Shown here: positions 29,066 through 38,342 of the stretch, in pieces
Layout of the letters: each line of letters starts with the position of its first letter
How positions within the stretch are numbered: the stretch's first letter is position 1
Source: a virus
Taxonomy: Duplodnaviria; Caudoviricetes
Strand: one strand, 5' to 3'
Length of the DNA: 59,007 nt
Virus record (IMG/VR): IMGVR_UViG_3300022917_000011
Coordinates: 1 to 59,007 of that record
The notes under the pieces: generated by a model
Database searches by the model: none
What the model was told of the DNA's origin: nothing
What the model saw: the letters and a program-made list of their open reading frames with translations, nothing else
Position numbers and translations under genes: made by a program

Positions 29066-29506
29066 TCAGCTTGCGCCATGCAAATCCCACACTTCTACAA
29101 TGGTGGTTTGCAACTCCCCTTTTTCCGCTTTGCGTTGTCCGACCTCAATTTTTGTTTCTCCCGGCGCATCCGAAGGCAGTGCGCCAGCGTATCGGCAAAG
29201 GTCGCAAACAAGTTTTCCGCAGAGGTTGTCCTCATCGATAAGTCGGCTGCGGACACTCGTAATGCGGACAAGAAAGCGTTGGCCACGTCGTTCTTTATTT
29301 TTCGCCTTGCCCACTCGTCCACCGCGATCATGTCGTTCCAGCTTGGGACGCACGGACGAAGCACTTCCTTCTTCTCTCCCCGGCTGTTTTTCGATGAGCG
29401 GTAATTCGGGATCACGAGGCGAAGGATCAGCGTTGGCTGCGAGGAGTCCGGGGCTGGCATTGGGAAAGAGTCGCTTGAGTTCATCTTCGGTGATCTGGCG
29501 GTTCAT
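29066..29506 (-). CDS. RusA-like Holliday junction resolvase
   Basis: VRITSVRSRLIDEDNLCGKLVCDLCRYAGALPSD matches the RusA DxDNxxKxxxDxL..G....D pattern. Confidence 0.75.
   Translation of the reverse strand: MNRQITEDELKRLFPNASPGLLAANADPSPRDPELPLIEKQPGREEGSASSVRPKLERHDRGGRVGKAKNKERRGQRFLVRITSVRSRLIDEDNLCGKLVCDLCRYAGALPSDAPGETKIEVGQRKAEKGELQTTIVEVWDLHGAS
29095..29484 (-). CDS. Nested alternative-frame ORF resembling a RusA N-terminal half
   Basis: LILRLVIP...VPSWND....EWARRKIK; 129 codons open on the same strand. Confidence 0.45.
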   Translation of the reverse strand: MNSSDSFPMPAPDSSQPTLILRLVIPNYRSSKNSRGEKKEVLRPCVPSWNDMIAVDEWARRKIKNDVANAFLSALRVSAADLSMRTTSAENLFATFADTLAHCLRMRREKQKLRSDNAKRKKGSCKPPL

Positions 29507-30024
29507 CGGCCCCGAAAAGTTCTACCGTTGGCGATAAAAGAAACAACCGTTCGAGAAACTCCATACTCCGTTGCCAGTGTAGATTTCTCGCCTTTGCGGC
29601 CAGTTAGCCGACTTCTGATTTCCTTCGCGAGAGAATCGGAAATACAGTCTTTCCGCATGTATCTCCCGTGAAGCTTACGGTAGTCGTCTACGTTCTCTTT
29701 GCGCGTGCCCCAGCAAAGATTGGAGATGTGATTGTTGCGTGGATCCCCGTCCAAATGTCTGCACTCCAATCCGTGATCCCGTTTAGGGCCAAAAGTCTCA
29801 AGAACCAAATGGTGGACCTGAAACTTATTTCCACGGCCAAGGCTAACGTAAAGATGACCGCTTTTGTGGGCCCATGGCTTCAGCAGCGATCCACTGCCGA
29901 TCCTACGAATATCCCCAAACTCGGAGATTTCATATTTTGGGGCACGCGGGATTGCCACAAACGCTAGCGGTCTCGGCTGCCCCTTCGGATCGCCGTGGGC
30001 AAAGAATTGGATTGGCGGGGTCAT
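29503..30024 (-). mobile_element. NUMOD4-like + HNH homing endonuclease
   Basis: YEISEFGDIR, VHHLVLETF and CRHLDGDPRNNHISNLCWGT..EN motifs; C-terminal HTH. Confidence 0.92.
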
Positions 30025-30232
30025 TTGCGTTTGCGGCGGAGGTCGGGTTTGCGCTCGTCTGGATCGTAGCCAGCCTTCTCGCAAATTTCGCGGGCTCTAG
30101 TGGAGCCGACTTGGAAGATCTCCGTCATCATCACCCAGCGGGCGGTGTGCGTATTCCAGCCGGGCGGATTCTTCACCACTCGGCGAAGCAATTCCTCGGC
30201 GCTGTAGCCGGGAACGTATTCAACGTAATCGC

Positions 30233-31552
30233 TCACTCCCCGCCCTCCGCCTTCGTTTTGGCTATTTGTACCGCTTCCATCCCGATGGCTGGGTAGGTTC
30301 TCGATTCGGTCAATTTAAGGATTTTCTGATAACCCTCCCTCAGCCCCGCAATCGTCGCCGCGTCCTTGGCGGCTTGGGCTCGGATGTCTCTCGCGGGTCC
30401 AATGAGATCGCACAAGCTGGCCTGTTTCGCAGCCCCCTCTTCGCCGTGCATGGCCACATCCAGAGCCCGAACATTCTTGCGGTGACTTTGCAGGACTTCC
30501 TCGTAATCAGCGATGGTTAGACCGTTCTCGACCGACTTGAGCGCACCCGTCAGCCGATCGATGGTCTCGCGCATCTGCGCAACCTCGGCGGTGGCGGCGG
30601 ATAGGTCTTGCTGGGCTTGATCTCTTTCCAGTTCGAGGCTTGAGATTTCTTCGCTCAGGAAACTTCCCGCTTGAGAAACCTCGGCCAGAGTCGCGTCGAG
30701 TAGGTCACCGCTATCAGCGCCAGCGCCGTCAATCTGATCCCACGCCTCCTCAAATGGCTCAAGAATCAGGAAGAGTTGTTTGCGAATAGCGTCATAGCAA
30801 CGAGCGGCCTCCGCCTCTTGTGCCGCATCCCGCGCCTTCCGCAGTTCGGTTGTGAGGCCGGTGTTTTCGCGCTCCAATTTCTCGACATCCGCAGCGAAGC
30901 AAATCGTCTGAGGTTTATCCCATCGATAGGCTTGCTTAGAGTGAAGTAAGTGCCTCGGAATCCTTGGACTGGCCTCCACTGATGGCGTCAGCGTCTCAGT
31001 CCCCTGCGCTGCGTCGGGCTGGGTGGGCTTGGCTTGCTCAAGAGAATACATTGCTGCGCTCGCCCTGCGCATCATCTCGTAGTGCTCTCTGGTTGGAGAA
31101 TCGTCCACATCTGCGTCATAACGGACCATTGCCTCGAATAACTCCCGAAAGGACCGCTCAACCAGAGCCTCCGCTGTCGACTGCGCGGGGGATGGGGCGG
31201 GCTCTTTCGGCACGCAGTTGTCTCTTCCGGAGGCGCAAATCTCATAGGGCTCTCCACAAATCTGGCAGATAGGACCAGTGGATTCAGGCACCCGCTCCTC
31301 TGTCCGACTGGCCGGAGGAGGCAGGGGCCGGGCGAAGCGGAAATAATTACCGTTGTTGACGTGACTGGAGCTAAATAAGCCCAGAGGGAACCCCCGCCAC
31401 CTGCTATCGTCCTTGTTGCACCACATGCACCCTTCCGGCACCACATCCCCAACCTTCGGGAAAAACTCCTCGTAAGTTTGATTATTAATTGTGATCATTT
31501 TTGGTTTCTCCGTTCCAATACATAAAATGGGGGAGAGGTATTTTTCTGGCAA
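30233..31552 (-). CDS. Modular coiled-coil hypothetical protein
   Basis: Long ORF on the coding strand; start uncertain; contains a VRALDVAMHGEEGAAKQASLCDL module. Confidence 0.7.
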   Translation of the reverse strand: MPEKYLSPILCIGTEKPKMITINNQTYEEFFPKVGDVVPEGCMWCNKDDSRWRGFPLGLFSSSHVNNGNYFRFARPLPPPASRTEERVPESTGPICQICGEPYEICASGRDNCVPKEPAPSPAQSTAEALVERSFRELFEAMVRYDADVDDSPTREHYEMMRRASAAMYSLEQAKPTQPDAAQGTETLTPSVEASPRIPRHLLHSKQAYRWDKPQTICFAADVEKLERENTGLTTELRKARDAAQEAEAARCYDAIRKQLFLILEPFEEAWDQIDGAGADSGDLLDATLAEVSQAGSFLSEEISSLELERDQAQQDLSAATAEVAQMRETIDRLTGALKSVENGLTIADYEEVLQSHRKNVRALDVAMHGEEGAAKQASLCDLIGPARDIRAQAAKDAATIAGLREGYQKILKLTESRTYPAIGMEAVQIAKTKAEGGE

Positions 31553-31697
31553 TAATCTCTCCGCTAGCGTGCCCCTTTGGCGTAGGGCTCCAAATGTTAG
31601 CTGTTGGGTTTTCGGAGTCTGGATCGAATATCCCGCCAGTACGCCAAGGCTCAGGTGTATGTTTAGTGCTCATTCGTTTGGTCGGTTGGGTTGGGGG

Positions 31698-31925
31698 TTA
31701 TTTGATCGGGTAGTGCTCGGAATCGAACCAGAGCACCAGTGCGGCGCGTTTTGGAATGGATGGAGTCAACGTGGCGTCCATCATGGATTGACCATTATTT
31801 AGCGAAGTAACAAACTTCACCTCCATCTCCCGCTTTTTGCGGTTAATGCCAGTTAGATTTTTGTGAAGGAACTGGACTTCGATATTTCCGTCGCCAATCG
31901 CGGCAACAATTTCGGTGATAGTCAT
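31698..31925 (-). CDS. Hypothetical protein
   Basis: MTITEIVAAIGDGNIEVQFL...; operon packing. Confidence 0.55.
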   Translation of the reverse strand: MTITEIVAAIGDGNIEVQFLHKNLTGINRKKREMEVKFVTSLNNGQSMMDATLTPSIPKRAALVLWFDSEHYPIK

Positions 31926-31929
31926 AAAC

Positions 31930-32466
31930 TCATTCAGTCGGTTTCGGGTTGAGGGCGGCGGCTCTCCTAACGGAAGAGATGTCGAGATGCCGCCAAGTGA
32001 TTCCCTGCACGATGTCACGAATTGTTCCTCGGCTTACTCCGAAAACCTTTTTAATCCTGAAAGCGCGCTCCCCTAAATTGTAAAATCTGTGGAGGATGTC
32101 CCGCACGTTGTCTTCGGTGAGCTTGGCAAAACCATGGTTCTCACCACGTGCGTGCCGTCCTTTTGCAACTTTGTCCGCACTGTTATCTGTGTCCGTTCCG
32201 AGGAAAAGATGGGCTGGATTACAGCAACTGGGATTGTCGCAATGGTGGCAGACTAACAGACCTTGAGGAAACATCCCGTAGGCGTAAATATAGGCCAAAC
32301 GATGGGCTGAAAAATTGTAGGTCTTGGAGTCGCCCGGCCAGCGTTTTGCAAACACTTTGCCATAACCGGGGCCGTTCTTATGGCCGGTCCAATTCCAGCA
32401 TTGGTCGATCTCAGCCATCTGAACGCGGCTCCAGAACTTTTTTGGGCCGTCCTCCGAGCTTACCAT
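31930..32466 (-). mobile_element. HNH homing endonuclease
   Basis: FWSRV, CWNWTG, AHRLAY and VCHHCDNPSCCNPAHLFLGT..DN motifs; C-terminal HTH. The frame is open to 32568. Confidence 0.93.
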
Positions 32467-32563
32467 TTTTTCTAGCTGCCTCCTTTTGGAGAAGAGTGGA
32501 CTTACTTCCTCCAAGTTTTCCGAGGGCGACAGCAGCGGGGTTTTTCTTGATTTTTGCAGGCAT
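32411..32563 (-). CDS. Small basic peptide, paralog of 18696-18893
   Basis: MPAKIKKNPAAVALGKLGGSKSTLLQKEAARKNGKLGGRPKKVLEPRSDG (50 aa; below the ORF-track cutoff). Confidence 0.75.
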   Translation of the reverse strand: MPAKIKKNPAAVALGKLGGSKSTLLQKEAARKNGKLGGRPKKVLEPRSDG

Positions 32564-32564
32564 G

Positions 32565-33161
32565 TCATTCTCCTTTCTTAACCGCATCGCTGCGGTTTGT
32601 CAAAACTTTTTCTGCTCGGGCGAGGAGTTTCTGGATTTCTAGACATTGATTACAACCGCATGTTGGAGATGCCCAAAATCGGTCCTTCTTTATGGCTTCC
32701 GCCATCTCGCCAATCAGCTTCCGCGCCTCCTCGTAAGCCTGCTCAAGGCGGGCGGCGTCGGTGGCTTTCGTGTATTCGCCTTCTGGATTTTCAAATTCCG
32801 CGTAGTCGTAGGTATACCTCGTCAGCGGCAGTTTCAGGTTGATGGGCAACCGCTGAAGCTTCGGCTGCTCGCTGGCGGCTCCGTGGTATTGGCATGTCGC
32901 GCATTTACCCGGATCGGCAACTGGCTCATCGCAACTTGGGCAACGGTGCTCGCGGGCGGCATCCACGGCGGGAGGGGCAGATGGGCGGGCGAATTGAAAG
33001 ATTCGATGGTCGTGCCTTCCTAGTTTCTGGTCAGGAAACCGAAGCCATTTTGATTTGCCTTTCACGGCAAACCAGCATCCTTCAAGCCGCTCTCCTACGG
33101 CTGGATTTAATATCTGGTAGCCCTCAGGCGCTGCCTCTGGATTGGTGGGTTCGGCGCTCAT
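32565..33161 (-). CDS. Hypothetical protein with CxxC pairs
   Basis: 198 aa ORF containing CPSC and CATC. Confidence 0.6.
   Translation of the reverse strand: MSAEPTNPEAAPEGYQILNPAVGERLEGCWFAVKGKSKWLRFPDQKLGRHDHRIFQFARPSAPPAVDAAREHRCPSCDEPVADPGKCATCQYHGAASEQPKLQRLPINLKLPLTRYTYDYAEFENPEGEYTKATDAARLEQAYEEARKLIGEMAEAIKKDRFWASPTCGCNQCLEIQKLLARAEKVLTNRSDAVKKGE
32575..32603 (-). promoter_or_regulatory. Sigma70-type promoter with palindromic operator
   Basis: TTGACA-17 nt-TAAGAA; the spacer is the palindrome AACCGCA-n4-TGCGGTT (32580-32597). Confidence 0.72.
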
Positions 33162-33221
33162 TTGGTTGCGATAAGTTCAAAGACTTCGGTTTCGAATGCG
33201 TTCGCCAATCGGATCAGAGTA

Positions 33222-33590
33222 TCAACGGTGACATTGGTTGGGTTTGCGTTTCCGACTGGCCTTCCTGACCTCGGCCATAGACCCAAATACCGGTGAGTCC
33301 ATCTTGAGCTTGGTCCGGTCATACATTCCCAGGCGCTCGCAGATGCGCATCATCTGGTGCGGGTTGTTCTGCTTCTCGCGGAAGATGAGAGCGCCCGCGC
33401 AATGCTGGCTTTTCTCGTGCGGTTCGTAGGTCGCACCCTCGCCGTCTTCGCTTTCCTTAAGCTCTGTCGTCTTGTGGCAAGCGAACTCACCCGATGCCAT
33501 GCCGGCCAATCGGGGAGGGTCAACGTAAAGCCGCTTCTCGTCATTGCGAAATGGGCACAGGTCGCAGGGTTTGGTGAGATCGTATTTCAT
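33222..33590 (-). CDS. Cys/His-rich phage protein (DUF6283-like)
   Basis: PCDLCPFR, FACHKT and HCAGALI motifs. Confidence 0.7.
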   Translation of the reverse strand: MKYDLTKPCDLCPFRNDEKRLYVDPPRLAGMASGEFACHKTTELKESEDGEGATYEPHEKSQHCAGALIFREKQNNPHQMMRICERLGMYDRTKLKMDSPVFGSMAEVRKASRKRKPNQCHR

Positions 33591-34500
33591 AATCTATTCC
33601 CTCGCCTCCCCTCTGCGCTGGCGCTCGGCCAGCTTTCTTGCTTGCTCCGGTGGATTATTTGGCTGGTCGCTCATGGTATTTGGTCTTCGGGTGCTTCGGG
33701 TTTGATGCTGTATTTCTTGCGGGTCTCGGTCATCAGGGCATCCCATCTGGCTTGAGCTTCCTGCGCCTCGGGCAGCCCCGCCAGATGCGCCAGCAGGATG
33801 GCGTTAGCTAAGTGATCAGGTGTTGGGTAATCAGGGCGCAACTCGCACAGCATTCGCAGGCCGCGATGCACGGCTCGGGAAACGTAGAGGCGCTCGGGCA
33901 AAAGGGTGCTGCTCATGCTGGTTCCTCCGGTCCATCGGAGCGCAGGAAGTTCTGGCACTTACCATGGCATGTATGCTCGGGATACATGCCAATTTCCCGG
34001 CTGTAAACGCAGCCATCAGCTATGCAATCCGGGTGGCGATGGAACACGCAACCCTTGATGGCGTGAATGAATATTTCATCCAGTGTTTTTGGGTCTTCAC
34101 TCATGGCTTCCTCCCACTGTGGCCAGCCTCGGCATTGCACAGGCGCACAAGCTCGCGCTCTGCCTGCTGGCGGAGTTGTTCTGCGGCCTTCACGGAAGCC
34201 GTGCATTCATCCAGCCTGCGCTGGGCTGCCTCGATGGCGTCTTGGTGTTCGGTGGTCATGGCAACTGCGTTGCTTGCTGGGTGTGAATCTCAGCTTTGGC
34301 TAACTTCCAAAGTTTATGGAAATCGGAATCCCTAATCACCACCAGCTTGTCCTTGGTTCGGCTAAACTTGGCCAAGTAGGCGTCTTCCTCGCAGCCCTGA
34401 TAGGCTCCACTGTCGATGTATTCTACTTCTGCGGTCTTGGGTTTCTTCATAAAATCTGCACCGGAATTGAGTCGGCCCCGGCTGGCCCTTGGGTTGGGTG

Positions 34501-34878
34501 TTATCCCCGGAGTTGCTCCGAGATGGATTTTTGCAGGCTAATCAGGCTGCGCACGGCCTCGTGAGCGCACTTGGCAGCTTCCCATTGAGCAATGACTTCC
34601 TCGGCATCCCGTAGCTCCATGCCTAGACGTGCCATTTCTTGAGCGTAGGAGGCTGATGCGCGGCCTTTTGATTCAGCGGCGGCGTTGGATAGCTCCTTGT
34701 CCTGCAAAAGCTCCGCTTGGGTCGCCACGGCCAGTGCGCGCTTGTTTCTGTCCGAAGAGTATTCCCGGATTTGACGCGCCACACTGACTGGCTTAGCCAA
34801 GCTGTTCAGGCGATTCACGGAATCCACCAGTCGCTGGCTGAGTTCCCGCAGGTCGCTGAAGTCCTGAATCTTGAGCAT
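34501..34878 (-). CDS. Coiled-coil protein, UvsY-like recombination mediator candidate
   Basis: All-helical with C-terminal EAVRSLIS..K; directly downstream of the SSB-like gene. Confidence 0.5.
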   Translation of the reverse strand: MLKIQDFSDLRELSQRLVDSVNRLNSLAKPVSVARQIREYSSDRNKRALAVATQAELLQDKELSNAAAESKGRASASYAQEMARLGMELRDAEEVIAQWEAAKCAHEAVRSLISLQKSISEQLRG

Positions 34879-34880
34879 GA

Positions 34881-35531
34881 TCAGAAGGGCAAAATTTCGC
34901 GCCTGGTGCTGGCCTCCTCGTCCGCGCCTGCGGCTTGAGCTTCTTCCTCACTGGTGGCCCCGGAGTATCCGTGCTTCCAATTTTCGCATGTGGCAATTTT
35001 GTTCTGAATCCACTCAGGTAGAGACTGAAACACCTCGTTCTTGCCCATCTCGATCTCGTATAGGACGGGCGGGATGATGGCCTGTGGGCAGTTCATGCCC
35101 TTCATGACCGGCGAGAGGCTGCTGATGTTGGCGTAGACCTGCGAGGGGTCTTTCTTGCCGGGCTTGTGGACAATGCCCAGAGTGCAGGCAGCCCCGACCA
35201 GCTTGGCGACCGAGAAGCCTTCCAGCTCCTCTGTGGTGAACGGACGCCCGCGCCAGCTTTGCAAGTCGGCCCGCAGGTTGGATTTCTCGCTCAGGCCAGC
35301 AGTGTATTCCTTGCTGACCACGAAGGGCTCGGGGCCATTCTCTTCCTTGAAGACGCGGAGTTCCGTCGGAAGCTCCCACATAATCAGAATCTTCTCCTGA
35401 ATCTTGACGCCATACTGGCCATCGGATTTCTGCGTGCCTAGGTCGATGACTTTGCAGCAACGGGCGATGTGGGTTCCGGCTGGTGCCGGGGTGGATTTGG
35501 TGCCGCTTTTGGCGGATACGGTTAGTGCCAT
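34881..35531 (-). CDS. ssDNA-binding-like protein (NGO0469-type)
   Basis: GTHIARC..VIDLGTQ, SKEYT..LSEKSNLR..L.SWRG and LPEWIQNKI motifs; acidic tail ending in LPF. Confidence 0.85.
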   Translation of the reverse strand: MALTVSAKSGTKSTPAPAGTHIARCCKVIDLGTQKSDGQYGVKIQEKILIMWELPTELRVFKEENGPEPFVVSKEYTAGLSEKSNLRADLQSWRGRPFTTEELEGFSVAKLVGAACTLGIVHKPGKKDPSQVYANISSLSPVMKGMNCPQAIIPPVLYEIEMGKNEVFQSLPEWIQNKIATCENWKHGYSGATSEEEAQAAGADEEASTRREILPF

Positions 35532-35866
35532 GGTGTGTTTTGTTCTGTGCGCCCTGGTGGGCTGGTTTGTTTTATTTGCGTTCTGTTGTGGAAAAGGGTC
35601 CGAAGTGCTGGCGGAATTTATCCGCTTTTAGCCTCCCAGCACGACGGAAAATCATCTGCGCTTGGCTGGCTTCGGTCCAAGCTCATACTTGCGGGCCAAC
35701 TCAGCTTCCCGCACGCGCCATGCGCTGCGCTCGTCAGCGTCTGCCTTGAGTAGCTCCACGTAGGTCTCGCGCTGCTCTGGCGTCATGGCGAGCACGTTAC
35801 AGCCGGTGTTTATCTCGAACGCAGTTACCGCAACGGATGCCGCGCCAGGTTGGTACTCGCGAGTGC

Positions 35867-36148
35867 TCATTGCAAGTCCTCTGGTATATTGAACTCTTGG
35901 CGATCTGAGGTCATCGCGCGGAAAACTATGGTCTTCCCGGCAATCTCTTTGGCGTAGGCGCGGAGTGCCAGTTCGGGAGTCGCTTCCAATCCAGAGACGT
36001 TGCCATAACTACCGACCAGCATCGCGCCTTCCTTGACCTCGCACTTTTCGAACGAGGCTGTCCATCGGTTTTTCTGTCCGGGGTATCGGCGGATCTGAAT
36101 TTTCAGGCCGAGAAATTCGGCTAATAACTCAAGCGTGGGTTTATTCAT
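35867..36148 (-). CDS. Hypothetical protein
   Basis: 93 aa from ATG 36148; operon packing. Confidence 0.6.
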   Translation of the reverse strand: MNKPTLELLAEFLGLKIQIRRYPGQKNRWTASFEKCEVKEGAMLVGSYGNVSGLEATPELALRAYAKEIAGKTIVFRAMTSDRQEFNIPEDLQ

Positions 36149-36293
36149 GTGTTGATTTGGATAGCAGGCAGAAAAACGGTGATTGCGGTCAGTATTCCCA
36201 GCATCAGCAGCCAGAACAGCGCCGCCACAGCCGCGAGGATCAGCAGGCCAAGCGCCACGGCCAGCCATGGGGAGAAACGGGTTGGGGTCATGG

Positions 36294-36749
36294 TTACTCC
36301 TCAGGGATTGGCTCGAATCTGGTCATGGATGCCCTGAGGGAATTGCGCTGTTTCGTGATTGCCTCGCTCTGGCGTCGCAATTCGTCCAGCTTGGCTGCGA
36401 TGGCATCATTTTCCTTGCTTTGCGGGAACACCGAATCCTCTGTCCGTGTCTTGGATCTAGTTCCACCCTTTACGATCCAGACTTCTTGGCCGACCCTGCA
36501 TCTTCTTGCTTCAGCCAATCCGACCACCTCGGCTTTCACTGGCTCGTTTCCACCGTATTGAAAATACCAGACAGGGATGTGCTCGAATGGCTTGGTCTTT
36601 TCGGAAACCGGTTTGTCGATTGTTGCCTTGGCATTCTTCAGCGTCTCCGACGATCTGTCTCGGCCCCGTAGAGAAAATAGCCAGCGATTGGATTCCTCGT
36701 CATACCGGACCTTCACGCCCGAGTGCTCGATTTCTATGAATTGGTCCAT
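36294..36749 (-). CDS. Hypothetical protein
   Basis: 151 aa ORF on the coding strand. Confidence 0.65.
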   Translation of the reverse strand: MDQFIEIEHSGVKVRYDEESNRWLFSLRGRDRSSETLKNAKATIDKPVSEKTKPFEHIPVWYFQYGGNEPVKAEVVGLAEARRCRVGQEVWIVKGGTRSKTRTEDSVFPQSKENDAIAAKLDELRRQSEAITKQRNSLRASMTRFEPIPEE

Positions 36750-36758
36750 AAATCCAGA

Positions 36759-37118
36759 TTACTTGCCCGCGAGCTTCGCTAGGGCTTGCTTGCCTGATTC
36801 AATGGCTCGCGCCAGATCGGCGTCGGGTTCGTTTCCATCCAAGGCATCGGTGGTCACGACGGAATCCATGACGTGCAGAGCAGCCTCCACGACTTCCGAG
36901 AATGCGGCTTGCTGGTTCAGCGCATTGGCAATGTCTTTTGCGGACTGTTCTTGGCAATCTTGAGCGATGATATGGCCATCAAGGTCTTCCACTCGCCAAG
37001 CAATTCGACTGGAAGGCGCACACTCGTCAGTAGTCTCGTAAGCCTTGGCGATCCAGACAGGGCCGCGCTCGGAGTATTGCGGCGCACTGGCCGCGCTGGG
37101 TTGGGTCGGGGTGGTCAT
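36759..37118 (-). CDS. Hypothetical protein
   Basis: Start coupled to the upstream stop (TAATG). Confidence 0.6.
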   Translation of the reverse strand: MTTPTQPSAASAPQYSERGPVWIAKAYETTDECAPSSRIAWRVEDLDGHIIAQDCQEQSAKDIANALNQQAAFSEVVEAALHVMDSVVTTDALDGNEPDADLARAIESGKQALAKLAGK

Positions 37119-37507
37119 TATGCCGACCTCCAAAAATATTCGTCCTCTTTGAAGAGCTTCCAAAACTCCAAGAACGGGATTTTCCCGAACGCATCCTTGT
37201 ATCGTTCCCACGCCCCGAAGGCGCGTCCGACCCGCTTCGCCTTGGGTTTCGGTTGCTCGGCCTGCCATTTGTTCAGGGCTTCGCGCCCCTTGCTGGTCAC
37301 GGTCATGTAGTGCATTCCGCCCGCGATTCGTTGAGGGCCGTAATCGCCCAGGAGTCTCCGATCGCAGAGCGCCCGAAGAGCTGCGGTCATGTCGGAGACG
37401 TATCGGCCATTGTCCGAGGCGTGACGCAGAATTGATTGATCGGCGGCGGTAATTGCCAACGGCTCGCTGGCCTCGGGGCTGGCTGGGTTGGGGGCGATGT
37501 CGGTCAT
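37118..37507 (-). CDS. Hypothetical winged-helix-like protein
   Basis: LRALCDRRLL...VTSKGREAL pattern. Confidence 0.55.
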   Translation of the reverse strand: MTDIAPNPASPEASEPLAITAADQSILRHASDNGRYVSDMTAALRALCDRRLLGDYGPQRIAGGMHYMTVTSKGREALNKWQAEQPKPKAKRVGRAFGAWERYKDAFGKIPFLEFWKLFKEDEYFWRSA

Positions 37508-38337
37508 TTCGAGCCCTCCGCGCGCTTGAAGTTTAGCACCCAAACATACGGATTCTGCTCCCAGGATTCGGGGCCGTTGATGGACTGCCAGAGTTGCACA
37601 AAGACCGAGACCGCTGTGTGCTCGGTCGTGAGGCTTCGGTCGGGCAAATTGAAGTGCGGATAGGGCGCCCCGTCTTGTCTGCCGAAGTCAACAATCCCCT
37701 CGGCCCGCGCATCCTCCTCGCTGATGTCCTGCAAACGCTCCACGCGCACGCTTTCGATTTCGAGCGTGATGCGGCTGGCCCACTTGGGGAGGAAGCGACC
37801 GAGCTTTTTGCGCCAGAGCCATTCGTTGCCGGTCACGGGCGATACAGCGTCGATGGCTGGTTTTTTCGGATGATCTGCGCAGTAGTGGACCGGGGCCGAT
37901 TGCAGCGGCACGTAATGCCACTTCGGCTTGCCCGTCTTCGTCGCTCCGTTCGGGCGCTTCTCGCACCACATCCACGCAGACTCTTTGACGATGAGATGGT
38001 CGCCGACTTCGCCGGGGCAACGCACCGGACCGGAGGCGTTGTCGTCTACCTCAGTCTGCCACACCTCGATCCAATCGCCCTTAACGGGACTCTTTCGACC
38101 AGTCCAATTCCATGGCTCTTTTGAAGTATCCTCAAATTCACCCTCTTCACCCCCACCTTCGCCGAAGCGATAAGGCGGAGTAGATAGCGACCATTCGCCA
38201 AGCAGTTTGGTGGGAGGATGCCCCATCGTGTGAACTACATTGCAGGCGCACTTGATAATCCTGCGCGTCTGGCTTTTCCGCCTGTCTAGGATGGCGCGGA
38301 TCATCGCGCTCGAAAATAAGATCGGTCGTTCTTTCAT
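37504..38337 (-). CDS. ASCH/PUA-like phage protein (MKERPILF family)
   Basis: MKERPILFSSAMIRAIL..RKSQTRR, ASRITLEI..VRVERLQDISEEDARAEG and W..NP.VWV motifs. Confidence 0.88.
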   Translation of the reverse strand: MKERPILFSSAMIRAILDRRKSQTRRIIKCACNVVHTMGHPPTKLLGEWSLSTPPYRFGEGGGEEGEFEDTSKEPWNWTGRKSPVKGDWIEVWQTEVDDNASGPVRCPGEVGDHLIVKESAWMWCEKRPNGATKTGKPKWHYVPLQSAPVHYCADHPKKPAIDAVSPVTGNEWLWRKKLGRFLPKWASRITLEIESVRVERLQDISEEDARAEGIVDFGRQDGAPYPHFNLPDRSLTTEHTAVSVFVQLWQSINGPESWEQNPYVWVLNFKRAEGSK

Positions 38338-38342
38338 CGGGG

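Noticed and set aside
32437-32443. Classical -1 frameshift at A_AAA_AAG
   Set aside because: Reaching the HNH from the upstream peptide needs a +1 (or -2) shift, so the heptamer is in the wrong phase for that route.
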